A DNA stretch of 63,733 nucleotides, the filler included, from Stramenopiles sp. TOSAG23-2 (Eukaryota), in NCBI GenBank assembly GCA_900128395.1. It is 2 parts of 2 records of this genome, joined end to end, with 100 filler letters (N's around TTAATTAATTAA, not from the genome) between each part and the next. Parts side by side here need not be neighbours in the genome. Positions count along the whole stretch, not along the records: positions 1 to 31,837 come from LT649367.1; 1 more part is not named here. One strand, 5' to 3'. The notes under the pieces were generated by a model. That model had not been told where the DNA came from, searched no databases, and was given only the letters and a program-made list of their open reading frames with translations. Both the position numbers and the translations under genes were made by a program. Each line of letters starts with the position of its first letter. Position 1 is the first letter of the stretch. Positions 1-10,200 of the stretch are shown here, piece by piece.

Positions 1-142
1 CGCGAGTACACATTACAACAATTACATCACAACCATCTACTTTGATTATTAATATTGTACTTGTATTATTTCTTCCATTCTTACGTTATATAGATAGATA
101 GATATATGTATAGATAGATAAAGTCCTTTATGATATACTAAA

Positions 143-745
143 ATGACTAGTGTAATAGATGAAAAACCATTACCAGGGCGTAGTAAAAAAGTACGTATAG
201 ATAATCCAAAATCAACTGATTTATCGGAATTGGATTTTAATTTCAGTAATAATAATAATCATCAAACAAATGGAGGTGGATACAATGTATTGGAAAAGAA
301 AATATTAACACCAAAAGAAATATCCAAAAATTTACATGATGATGTAGTAGCAAAACAAAATATGATAGAACGTTTAATCAATGAAGCGGATGAATATGCA
401 TTACATATTAAAGAAAGTGGACAAATGATTGTACAATTAAGAAAAGCAAATGCATTAATTAAAGATGAAATTGAAGAGATCAAATTAGAATATGACGACG
501 TTAAGAAACGTGCTGATGTAGTACGTAAAAAGAAATTAAAAGAACAATTTACATTGACTGGTAATGCGGCAACGGAAAAGCGTATTAAAGATTTAATTGT
601 ACTGATCAAAGAACAACGTATTGCAACGGAGAAAATAGTTAGACAAACTGATATCATGGAAGGTGTAAAGTACGAGAAGTGCGTCCATGTTGTTCGGTGT
701 GGGCATAAAATAGAAGAAATAGGACTTTTTGTTTTGTTTTTATAA
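143..745 (+). CDS. hypothetical coiled-coil protein (3' end possibly truncated or spliced)
   Basis: 200-aa ORF, K/E-rich heptad-like central region; the C-terminal ~20 aa look non-coding-like. Confidence 0.5.
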   Translation: MTSVIDEKPLPGRSKKVRIDNPKSTDLSELDFNFSNNNNHQTNGGGYNVLEKKILTPKEISKNLHDDVVAKQNMIERLINEADEYALHIKESGQMIVQLRKANALIKDEIEEIKLEYDDVKKRADVVRKKKLKEQFTLTGNAATEKRIKDLIVLIKEQRIATEKIVRQTDIMEGVKYEKCVHVVRCGHKIEEIGLFVLFL

Positions 746-928
746 ATAAAAAATCACATATCATACGGGATATGCATTAATATTTAAAAAAATTAAAATG
801 ATGTTTAAAAAATACTCTGTGTGGTAAAACTTTTTTTATCATATTTTTTTCCATTTTACCCCACCACACACAACAAAATCTATATTACAACAAGAAATTA
901 GTGTATACGGGGACTTAAAATATATTTT

Positions 929-3037
929 TTACTCATTTGACCCAACAACAACTGATGATGTACGTACCATATTTTTACAATTGTCAGAACAATACCATTT
1001 AAATGATCCATCATCTGGTAGACTGGAAACACTTTCATATCCTAATGCTTTAATATGTATAAAGTTTGGACATAATTCATTTGTATCATCATTAATTTGT
1101 ATATCATTATCACACATAATAATATTTGTTGCATCTTCTTCTAATTCACCAGTATACATATTTGGTAAACAATATTGATTTTTTTGGAGTTCTAACATTG
1201 CTTCTTCCTCCGCAACTTGTTTTGATGCTTCATTACGATATATATTTGTTTGTAATGTAACATCCACTTGATTTGTAACATTTTTGGGTATTGAAAAACT
1301 TGGTTGCAATAAAGTCCAATCCGTACCATATGTTCGTCTATTTAAATATAGTTGCAAGGAAAGGTTCTTATTCTTTTTCTTATCACTATTCGTTTTGCAA
1401 GAAATGTTAAAAATACCTTTTAATTTGCCACTTTTTACACGATTTTTAATTTTAAATATTACCCAATCATCATTTTGTTGTATATCTTTGATGTTTATAG
1501 TATTATTATTATTATTATTATTATTACCACCCTGCTGTTGTTGACTTTGTATCAATGTTTCTATGCAATAAATATTTAAAATAGGTATTAATTCATTCAT
1601 TGTAATCAATGTTATCAAATCATTTTTAACATGTCGAAAGAAACGATATGGTACAGATCTTGGTAATACTTGAAAATATTCGATAGCACGGCTACCTTTC
1701 GTTTTTACATACCACTTTTCTTCTTTTTTCTTATTTTTCTTATTGTGTAAAACGAATTGATACCTAGTACGACCATCACGTGTAGTTGTGTTTGCATTTG
1801 AATTAATAATATTTTTATTAGATATTTGATGATGTATTTTTTGTTTCTTTTTCTTGTGTGTCGATCCAAATGCGGATAAAGATGCCTCTTTCAGTAATTT
1901 TGCTCGTAATTTAACAATTTTTGGATCGATTGTTCCCATAATAAATGGATTTGCTTGGCTATATTTATACAATTGTTCGGAACCAACTTCTGTTTGTTTC
2001 GGTAAATCATATAAATAACATTGAAATCGATCAATCTCTTCCAATCGTTCTTTGCTGTTCATTACTTTTATATTGTTTACAATCCGTTGTGCAGAAATTT
2101 GATGAATGATGCGTAAATATACCCAATAATATATCCAAGTGTTGCAATAAATATCCAATCCTTCATCACCAGCACAATTACCATCTTCTTGAAAATTTAA
2201 TTTATTAATCAAGCTAAATGTTTTACAATTAACTTGCATACGGAAAAAATCTTTTATTTTCTCCAACGATATGTTGCTACCACGACAATCAAAAAATTCA
2301 ACTTTTGTAGTTTTATTCTTAGTACTGGTAGCATTATTCATTGATGATGAAAATTTATTATGGTTGTTTTCATTGTTTCTTTCAGAGCAAGTAGTAGTAA
2401 CCATAGCTGGAAGATTTGAATTATATAAAATAGCTATACTAATATGAAGATCGGAACCAACCAATAGTATAATTGGTTTATTATTTGTTGGTTCTGGAAT
2501 GAATTCAACTTGACATGTTTGTGCATCTGGTGATGGTTCATTTACATTTGTTTTTACCACATTATCGTCGATATTATTATTATTATTATTATTAATATTA
2601 TTATTCATATTGTTCGAATTCGAGGATGTGTGAAATTCATTATGATTGATATTGTTACTACTAGTACTACTACTATTATCACTAGTTACGTTCATTGCTG
2701 TTGGTTCTGATATTATTGTTTTTTTACTTGAAAAAAAAGAACTTTGTGGATGAGTACGATAACTACCATCTAGAAAAAATTTTACATCAGCATCATGCAA
2801 TGGATCAGAATCTGCATATCCCTTGATCGTATCAGGACAATTTAAATGATTCAATTGTGATTGATTTGATGAAGGTAATATAGATAAATTTGCAGCATGT
2901 TGCAATATCCCTTTCATTTGTAAATTCATAAATAATTGCATATCTCTCCATTGCAAATATCCTGATAATGGGGCTGCTTCTTTCCATGCATCCATTTTTT
3001 TAGCACGTATATGTGGACGTGACGATATATTTGACAT
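929..3037 (-). CDS. hypothetical protein with possible cysteine-protease-like domain and degenerate C-terminal PHD-like finger
   Basis: 702-aa ORF; HISIAILY...VEFFDCRG...NFQ...IYCNTWIYYWVYLRI central motif string; C-terminal IMCDND...CPNFIHIKALG...WYCSDNC. Confidence 0.6.
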   Translation of the reverse strand: MSNISSRPHIRAKKMDAWKEAAPLSGYLQWRDMQLFMNLQMKGILQHAANLSILPSSNQSQLNHLNCPDTIKGYADSDPLHDADVKFFLDGSYRTHPQSSFFSSKKTIISEPTAMNVTSDNSSSTSSNNINHNEFHTSSNSNNMNNNINNNNNNNIDDNVVKTNVNEPSPDAQTCQVEFIPEPTNNKPIILLVGSDLHISIAILYNSNLPAMVTTTCSERNNENNHNKFSSSMNNATSTKNKTTKVEFFDCRGSNISLEKIKDFFRMQVNCKTFSLINKLNFQEDGNCAGDEGLDIYCNTWIYYWVYLRIIHQISAQRIVNNIKVMNSKERLEEIDRFQCYLYDLPKQTEVGSEQLYKYSQANPFIMGTIDPKIVKLRAKLLKEASLSAFGSTHKKKKQKIHHQISNKNIINSNANTTTRDGRTRYQFVLHNKKNKKKEEKWYVKTKGSRAIEYFQVLPRSVPYRFFRHVKNDLITLITMNELIPILNIYCIETLIQSQQQQGGNNNNNNNNTINIKDIQQNDDWVIFKIKNRVKSGKLKGIFNISCKTNSDKKKNKNLSLQLYLNRRTYGTDWTLLQPSFSIPKNVTNQVDVTLQTNIYRNEASKQVAEEEAMLELQKNQYCLPNMYTGELEEDATNIIMCDNDIQINDDTNELCPNFIHIKALGYESVSSLPDDGSFKWYCSDNCKNMVRTSSVVVGSNE

Positions 3038-3328
3038 GGCTTCTTTTCTTTTTTCAAACGTATTATGTAAGGAGATATATCTATTGAATATATATATATA
3101 TATGTACTAGTACGTAATATTACAAATACAAATATATATATATATATATCTAGAATATATATGTATATGTATTTTTGATTTTTTATGTTTTATTAATTCA
3201 ATTCAATTCAATTCACAAAAAATAAATTGAAAAACAAAAGAGGTTAAGGTTTATTGTTACAGATATTTTCGACCAACGTGGGACAGTCGACTTTCTCTCT
3301 CTTGCGAAAAAAAAAAAAAAAAAAAAAC

Positions 3329-5698
3329 AGCTGTATGTATAATACAGATATTTTCGACCAACGTGGGACAGTCGACTTTCTCTCTCTTGCGAAAAAAAAA
3401 AAAAAAAAAATACAAACATTTTAAAACTTTTTTAAAACATTTAACACGGTACACTATTGATTTTGTTATGAAAAAACACCATATTTTTGATAAAACTTTG
3501 ATGAAAACTTTTGTTTGTGAATTGAACTTTCGTTCATACATCATCTAAATTTATATAAAAAATACATACAGTACAGATAGATAGATAGGTGTATATATAT
3601 AGATATAGACATATAGATAATACATTTATTTTGTTACTAGTAGAGTCGTATATTTGTATATATACATAACGATATATACGTATATTTATAACCCGGCTGG
3701 CACAATAAAAGTTTAGTACAATATAATTGAAATTATTATTTTATAAATTGATATATAAACCATTCTATCGATAGACACACAGATCAACAACAACTTATAC
3801 CAATAAAATTATAGAGGTTCCAAACAGTTCAACATGGCATTTCCACCCACCAGAGCTGCATACGAAGCACTTATCAATGAAGTCAAATTGCTAAAAGAAG
3901 AAGTCAAACAGTTACGCAGTGAAAACAACAACCCCAGTAGATCTACGTTAGATATTGACTTAGAACCTGAAACGAGAGATCGTAAAGCGAGTCGCAACTC
4001 ATGGGCAGAAATCTACCATAATAACACGGTCCGACGTAAAAACTTGAAATTGTTAGGACAGGATGTTGCAATGGATGAATGGCTGGATTGGCGTGTCAAA
4101 TGGGGACAACGTGGGGCAGGAGTTTTTAGTTTAATTGGTTTGATATGTTTTATTCTTGGTGGTGGAACAAAAATTGGATTAGTAATTGCAGCCGTTGTAT
4201 TTGCTACAATTGCAATAATATGTTTTGGTATATTATATTATAACAATTTATCATTAGTAATTATAAAAAGATTAGTAAAAGAACCAAATGTTGTTGTTAT
4301 TGTTTTATTAAGTTTTTTTAATATCGGTACTGATATTGGAAGACCAGCTACACCATTATCACCAATTTTGGGATTAATATATCTGCTAGGAATAAATGGT
4401 TTTGTATTTGTGGATGCAGTAAAATTGAAAAGTCGTACATTTGTAATTACTGTTGGAATCTTTTTTATATTTTTAAATTTACATGAAATTTACTACTATA
4501 TATTTACAGATTATACCGAAGGTGTAGTTTTATTCAATTATACGATAAACGGCGAAGAACATACAATCATGAAACGCTCAATAAAACGATCTATTTACAT
4601 AGAAATTATGTTATTTAGTATGACGGCTGTGTATACAATGTTTAAAGATAAGAAGATGGAATTAATGATATTTGCTACTGGGCATATTTATCGAGAAACT
4701 GGAACGGCATCAAAAGAGGTGGAAGATAAAACATTTTCAATGGAGATCAAATTAGAGAAGGAAAAACCCATAGACCAAGCCAGAGTGTAAAACACGTTAT
4801 CGTGTACGAATATTTATTTTAAAAATTTATACGTTCGTACGCACACACATTTACACTAACGAGGATATTGTTTGAACCGTCTAGTTGTTCTGTTGAAAAA
4901 GCATTTTAAATATGTATTGGTGTGTATACAGCGCAGTGTACACTTTTTATTTTTATCCGCTTCGTAAACAATTTTAAAACACTCCCTCTCTTGTATTTTT
5001 TTATTTTTTTACACTCTATCTTTTTGGAATGAATAAAACTGATTCGTGTATGATATATTAAAGAGGTAAAACAAAGGAAAGTTACAACTCTTGTATATAC
5101 ACCCTACTGTACATTGAATTGATTACAACATTATCCATTAATTTAGCAAGTCTCATACCCACGCATCAAATGCAAAGAACGATGAACAGACCTTGCAATA
5201 AACTTTACCTTGTCCGCTTGATGTGACTAAAATTTATTTTACTTAATATGATATGTACAAAAAAACATATTACGACGAACGTTGATGTTTCAATTGTTAT
5301 ATATACAAAATATATCTACATAACAAGCATACACTTGTAGAAATACTTGTTCAAAATAAACCACTGTAATTATATATATATATACAAATATACGACTCTA
5401 CTAGTAAGAAATATATGTATTATCTATATCGGCTATCTATATATATATATATAACATATATCTATCTGTACTGTATTATATAATTTTATATATAAATTGA
5501 TGTGTGAAAGTTCAACAAGTTTTCATCAAAGTTTTATCAAAAATATGGTGTTTTTTCATAACAAAATCAATAGTGTGTTGTGTTAAATGTTTTAAAAAAG
5601 TTTTAAAATGTTTGTATTTTTTTTTTTTTTTTTTTCGCAAGAGAGAGAAAGTCGACTGTCCCACGTTGGTCGAAAATATCTGTATTATACATACAGCT
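3329..5698. mobile_element. ~2.4-kb cassette bounded by ~330-bp inverted repeats (3329-3664 / 5377-5698) carrying one membrane-protein gene
   Basis: AGCTGTATGTATAATACAGATATTTTCGACCAACGTGGGACAGTCGAC... at 3329 is the reverse complement of the sequence ending at 5698; similarity continues with indels to CTAGTAGAGTCGTATATTTGTATA; extra tandem copy of the outer part at 3258-3327. Confidence 0.55.
3834..4790 (+). CDS. multi-pass membrane protein of unknown function, paralog of 39236..40966
   Basis: 318-aa ORF with ~6 hydrophobic segments; shares WGQRG.G.F, F.DAVK.K.R.FVI, HTIMKRSIKRS, MFKDKKMELMIFATGHIYRE with 39236..40966. Confidence 0.8.
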   Translation: MAFPPTRAAYEALINEVKLLKEEVKQLRSENNNPSRSTLDIDLEPETRDRKASRNSWAEIYHNNTVRRKNLKLLGQDVAMDEWLDWRVKWGQRGAGVFSLIGLICFILGGGTKIGLVIAAVVFATIAIICFGILYYNNLSLVIIKRLVKEPNVVVIVLLSFFNIGTDIGRPATPLSPILGLIYLLGINGFVFVDAVKLKSRTFVITVGIFFIFLNLHEIYYYIFTDYTEGVVLFNYTINGEEHTIMKRSIKRSIYIEIMLFSMTAVYTMFKDKKMELMIFATGHIYRETGTASKEVEDKTFSMEIKLEKEKPIDQARV

Positions 5699-5963
5699 AT
5701 TGTATGTAGTCTATGATGTTTAACAATTTTTTTATATACATGTTGTACCTGGTAGTAGTGTTGTAGTAGGCAAATAATTATACTTGTATTATTATTATCG
5801 GTTATAATGTTGTTATAATAAAGACTAAAGACATATATTGGTACATTAGCTACACACATGCATATATATACATAACACATCCAAACCATTTTTCTTTCTC
5901 TAAAACATTTAAACAAATAAAGATTAGGACACATTTATTAATTTGTAAAACAAAATAATACAC

Positions 5964-6161
5964 ATGATTCGAACAAAATATAAAGTGTTAGTCCCTCTTG
6001 TGGAATATTATGAAAAGGAGGATGCAAAAAAATTAGAAGAGAACAATGCTTCCATAGATCGTATGATTCGAACAAAATATAAAGTGTTAGTCCCTCTTGT
6101 GGAATATTATGAAAAGGAGGATGCAAAAAAATTAGAAGAGAACAATGCTTCCATAGATCGT
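5964..6161 (+). repeat. exact 99-bp tandem duplication at the ankyrin gene 5' end
   Basis: 5964-6062 equals 6063-6161 (MIRTKYKVLVPLVEYYEKEDAKKLEENNASIDR twice). Confidence 0.9.
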
Positions 6162-6941
6162 GTAGATGATTATGGAAATACTGCTTTACACTTTGCTGCT
6201 CAATTTAATGAGAAAAATACGGATGTGGTTGAGCTACTGTTGAAACATCCATCTATGACCATAGATATTATAAATAAGCAAAATAAAGGTGGGTATACTG
6301 CGCTAGATTATGCGTATGCCAATGAAACAAAAATAAAATTTGACATGATCAAAATTATCAGTAACCACAATGGTAAAAGAGCACTTGAATTAGAAAAAGA
6401 GAAGAAGAAACTTGATGTGGAAGAAGATTTTATGATGAGATCCAATGAAGAATTATTAAATGAATTACATGCATTGAAAACATTGACTGTAAAAGAATTT
6501 GATATAGTGAAGAAACGAGATGCAAAAGAAAAAAGTCCTTTTATTAAAACGAACAATGAATTGCAATTAGAATTGAAAGAATCTAGAGAATTAGGGGCTT
6601 TTATTTACGCTGCAAAGGAGGAAGATATTAAAACGATGCAAGAATTGCTATATAAAGGTGCCAAAATATCGCAAACAACACGCAATTTAAAACGATGGAA
6701 TGCATTACATTACGCAGCTGCATGCAATAAAAGAAATGTAAACACTGTTAAATTTTTGTTAAACCATCCAGATATTCTGGATTTCGAAGTGATCAATAAA
6801 CAAGCAGAAGATGATGGAATGACACCACTAGACGTTGCCATCTCATTTAATAAAAGCATTATTAACCATGATATTATTCGGACTTTGAAAAAAAAAGGTT
6901 GTAAAACAAGTAAAGAGTTACAATCGTTACCTGAAAGTTGA
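5964..6941 (+). CDS. ankyrin-repeat protein
   Basis: GNTALHFAAQ, GYTALDYA, WNALHYAAA, GMTPLDVA ankyrin motifs. Confidence 0.85.
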   Translation: MIRTKYKVLVPLVEYYEKEDAKKLEENNASIDRMIRTKYKVLVPLVEYYEKEDAKKLEENNASIDRVDDYGNTALHFAAQFNEKNTDVVELLLKHPSMTIDIINKQNKGGYTALDYAYANETKIKFDMIKIISNHNGKRALELEKEKKKLDVEEDFMMRSNEELLNELHALKTLTVKEFDIVKKRDAKEKSPFIKTNNELQLELKESRELGAFIYAAKEEDIKTMQELLYKGAKISQTTRNLKRWNALHYAAACNKRNVNTVKFLLNHPDILDFEVINKQAEDDGMTPLDVAISFNKSIINHDIIRTLKKKGCKTSKELQSLPES

Positions 6942-7246
6942 AGATTGAAGAGTGAGGGGAGATTGGAGATTGAATGTTAAAAAATAACCCCAAAAAAATA
7001 CGTTCTATTTTTTACGCGTATAATTTATATTATATTACACAATGTTTAACCATCACTAATATTACAAGATGTTTAACCATCAATATTTACATCATGTTAC
7101 ATTAAAAAATTAGGAATTATCACATTAACATGAGAGTAAAAAAATTTAAAAAAAAATAAATTATAAAAAATATGTATTGCATTGTGCGTAAAATTAAATT
7201 TAAAAATATATTACCATTAATGATAAAATAGAAAAAGTTTTTTTTT

Positions 7247-10200
7247 TTACATCATGTCGTCGTCATCATCATCATCGTCATCATCATCATCGTCAATATC
7301 AAGCATTATTTTTCTTTTCTTTTGTATATGCTTGGTTTTTTGAACAACTTCTAATTCCTCATCTGAATCATCATCGTCGTCATCATCATCATTTGCCCCC
7401 GGTGCTGGTGATCTCTTATTATTAGTAGTGGTGGTGGTGGTTGTTGTTGTTGTTGTTGTACTTTCACTATTTTCGTTATTTTTCTCTCCATCATTGCCAC
7501 CCAAAAATGCACGTGTAAATTCGTCATCAGAATCATCATCATCCGAAGATTCATACAACGAAGCAATTCTATGTTTTTTGGACTTTGAATTATTATTATT
7601 ACTTGAACTATTTGAGGAAGACATCATCATACCATTATCGTCTTCGTCATCATCTTCATCGTCATCATCGTCGTCGCCCCCTGCCTTAGAGACTACAGCA
7701 CGCCACATAGCTGTCGAACCTACCATGGTAGATTTACATTCCACTTTACCATCATCAGTAGCTGAGACGTACATACCACTACGAATATGTTTTAAAAGCA
7801 ATTTGCCCTTCTTGTATTCTAGCGCGAATTTTTCGTTCTTCCCAGGTTTCTGACCAGAACTAGTGCTGCATAGTACTTTTTTTGAATTTACACTAAGATA
7901 ATGGCCATGATGCGATTTAATGACATAGCCACTCCTTTCAAAGACTTCGAAACGGAACGTTTCCCAAATACCAGAACTAATACGATCTGCAGAAACTTTA
8001 CCTTGGATGCTTTCACTTAGCATCATACCCAATGCAGATTCTAAGAAATATTTCTTTTTATTTTGAATTTTAGCCGTTTTTTCATCATCTCCGTCATCGG
8101 CATCATCGTTACCATCAGTTTTGCTTTGAAGTTCATTTGCATCGTATTCTTTCATGCCATCATCATCAAATCCTACTTCCTTGCTTATGGAATCATCTTC
8201 CCTCATTTCAATTTCACGTATAGTACGACGAAGCAATGTCAATCTCTCACGGCACTCTTTCGCATTTAGTGTGCCTGGAATACGCCAAAAGCACTCACCA
8301 GTCGCAGGTTCTCGAAATTTCAATGTACGCAATAGAGAGTGTACCCAACGATTTGAAAGTTGCGCAAACTCATCTTGGGTAACTGGTACTAATGCATAAC
8401 CTACGCCACCAGCCATTGCTAATTCGTCATCCTCGTCGCCGTCACCCATCGCTCTCCTAGTTAAACGCAGTTCTTCTTGTTCCTCGCGAAATTTAGCACA
8501 TGCACTTAAGCGATTATCCAAGGTTTTCAAAGCTTCCCTGCCAGCATTTTCCGTTGCTGCAGCGCCATGCATGACATGCAAATCCAAAATTCTGGTAATT
8601 TGCTTTTTCACTTGCGCATCAGAGATACCAAAGATACCTTCTTGTGCCGTGCGATTGACAGTGCCATCTAATAAACCTAACGATTTCACACGATTTTTTA
8701 TTTGTGCCGGAGTACGATCTTTATCCTGGAGCAACTCTTCGAAGGATAAAATTTCATAGACGGCATCTAGATGTCTTAATTGTGGAAATTTCATTTGAAG
8801 CAATGCATCTTCTTGATGTGTCCAACGACGACTTTGACGTCTACTGCGTTTTTTATCATCGGCTGCTTTTGCCATTGCCTCGGCACGTGTTTTTGCTAAT
8901 TTGCCATATTTCGACGCATCAAATGTAGCTTCCTCTTCTCCATCTAAATCAGCTTCATTCAGTGCATTGGATGATGATTGATTTGGATTATAATCTTTAT
9001 CCTTCTGCCTCTTGCGACGTTCACTACTGCTCATTCCAGCATCTGGATCATACACGCCAATGATAGCCTCGTTTGCGCGTCTCTGTCTATTAAACAGCGC
9101 TTCTACATATAACAATGGATTTTTTTGTGCCAACCGGAAAAAATGCCTTACCGTTGCTTTAGCAAATTCAATTAATTCTTGAAATCCTTTCACCTTTGCA
9201 ATGCGATGGTCATTTAAAATGCGATTAAACACCATCAAAGTAGATAATTGAAACAAAACAGGCTCATGGGATACCACCACATTTTTATCATCTTCATCCT
9301 TCCATTCATCCAAAACCAATTGCGTCAATCGATAAAATAATTTCACGATACAATGATTTACTTTCACACTATTTGTTCGGTATGTATGTAGTAATCGCAA
9401 ATATACTTGATACACAGAGTTTTGCGCAAATTTATTTAAAAACGTATTGAATTTGAATTCACATTCTCGGCGAATACTTTCTTTTTCTTTCTCTTCTTCT
9501 TTCTCTTTCTCTTTCTCCTCATCATCGTCTTCCTCTGCATCTGATGTTATTTCTTTCCCTTCTTTTCTCAATTTTTTTACCATAGAAAGTTTCAATTTTA
9601 ATTCAGCTGCCATGCGCCCTTCCAATACTGGTCCAAAATCAGAACTTTTTAAAATCTTTTCAAATTTTCCTCGTCCATATTTTTTTACACCTTCTTCCAA
9701 GGCAGCAATTTCTTCCGTATTCCATGGCTTCATTTTGATTTTCTTCTTCTTCTTCCTCCTACGTTGAAGAACAAACATTTTATGTTCTGCTAAATGTTCA
9801 GTAATATCTAAAATTACATGTGCGGTTTCAATCAAATCTGTTACAAACCACGATGATACATGTTTGGCTGCGCTATGACAACGTCCCAATAAACGTGGCA
9901 CTAAATCAATAATTTCACGTTCATAAAAGACAACGTTAATTAAAGAATTTGCTATTCGATGCTTTTCTGCATCGCCTGATTTACGCAAGCGGTCTAATAC
10001 GAGAATCATCTCTTTTAATCCAGCAACTGCAACACCAGTAGCCACCCAATCTTTCAATTCAACATAACGATCAATACTTTTCACAATAAAATGAAAAGAC
10101 CATAAATCCATTGTTGCAGCAACTGGCCCCCAATCAAATGAATGTTTATTGTGGTTATCTGCATCATCGCCAATTGAACGTTGAACTCTTCGCTTTGCTT

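Noticed and set aside
3270-3290. tRNA-Lys fragment or primer-binding site (CCAACGTGGG)
   Set aside because: Only ~10 nt match; no cloverleaf and no TGGCGC start.
3213-5934. Small ORFs overlapping the inverted repeats, and antisense ORFs within long genes throughout the window
   Set aside because: They are products of poly-A/T tracts, microsatellites or antisense codon bias, with no recognisable motifs.
5964-6161. Biological meaning of exact tandem duplications (also 33765-33972, 53494-53731)
   Set aside because: Identical ~100-120-bp copies in a gapped assembly are likely scaffolding artefacts; raw reads are needed.
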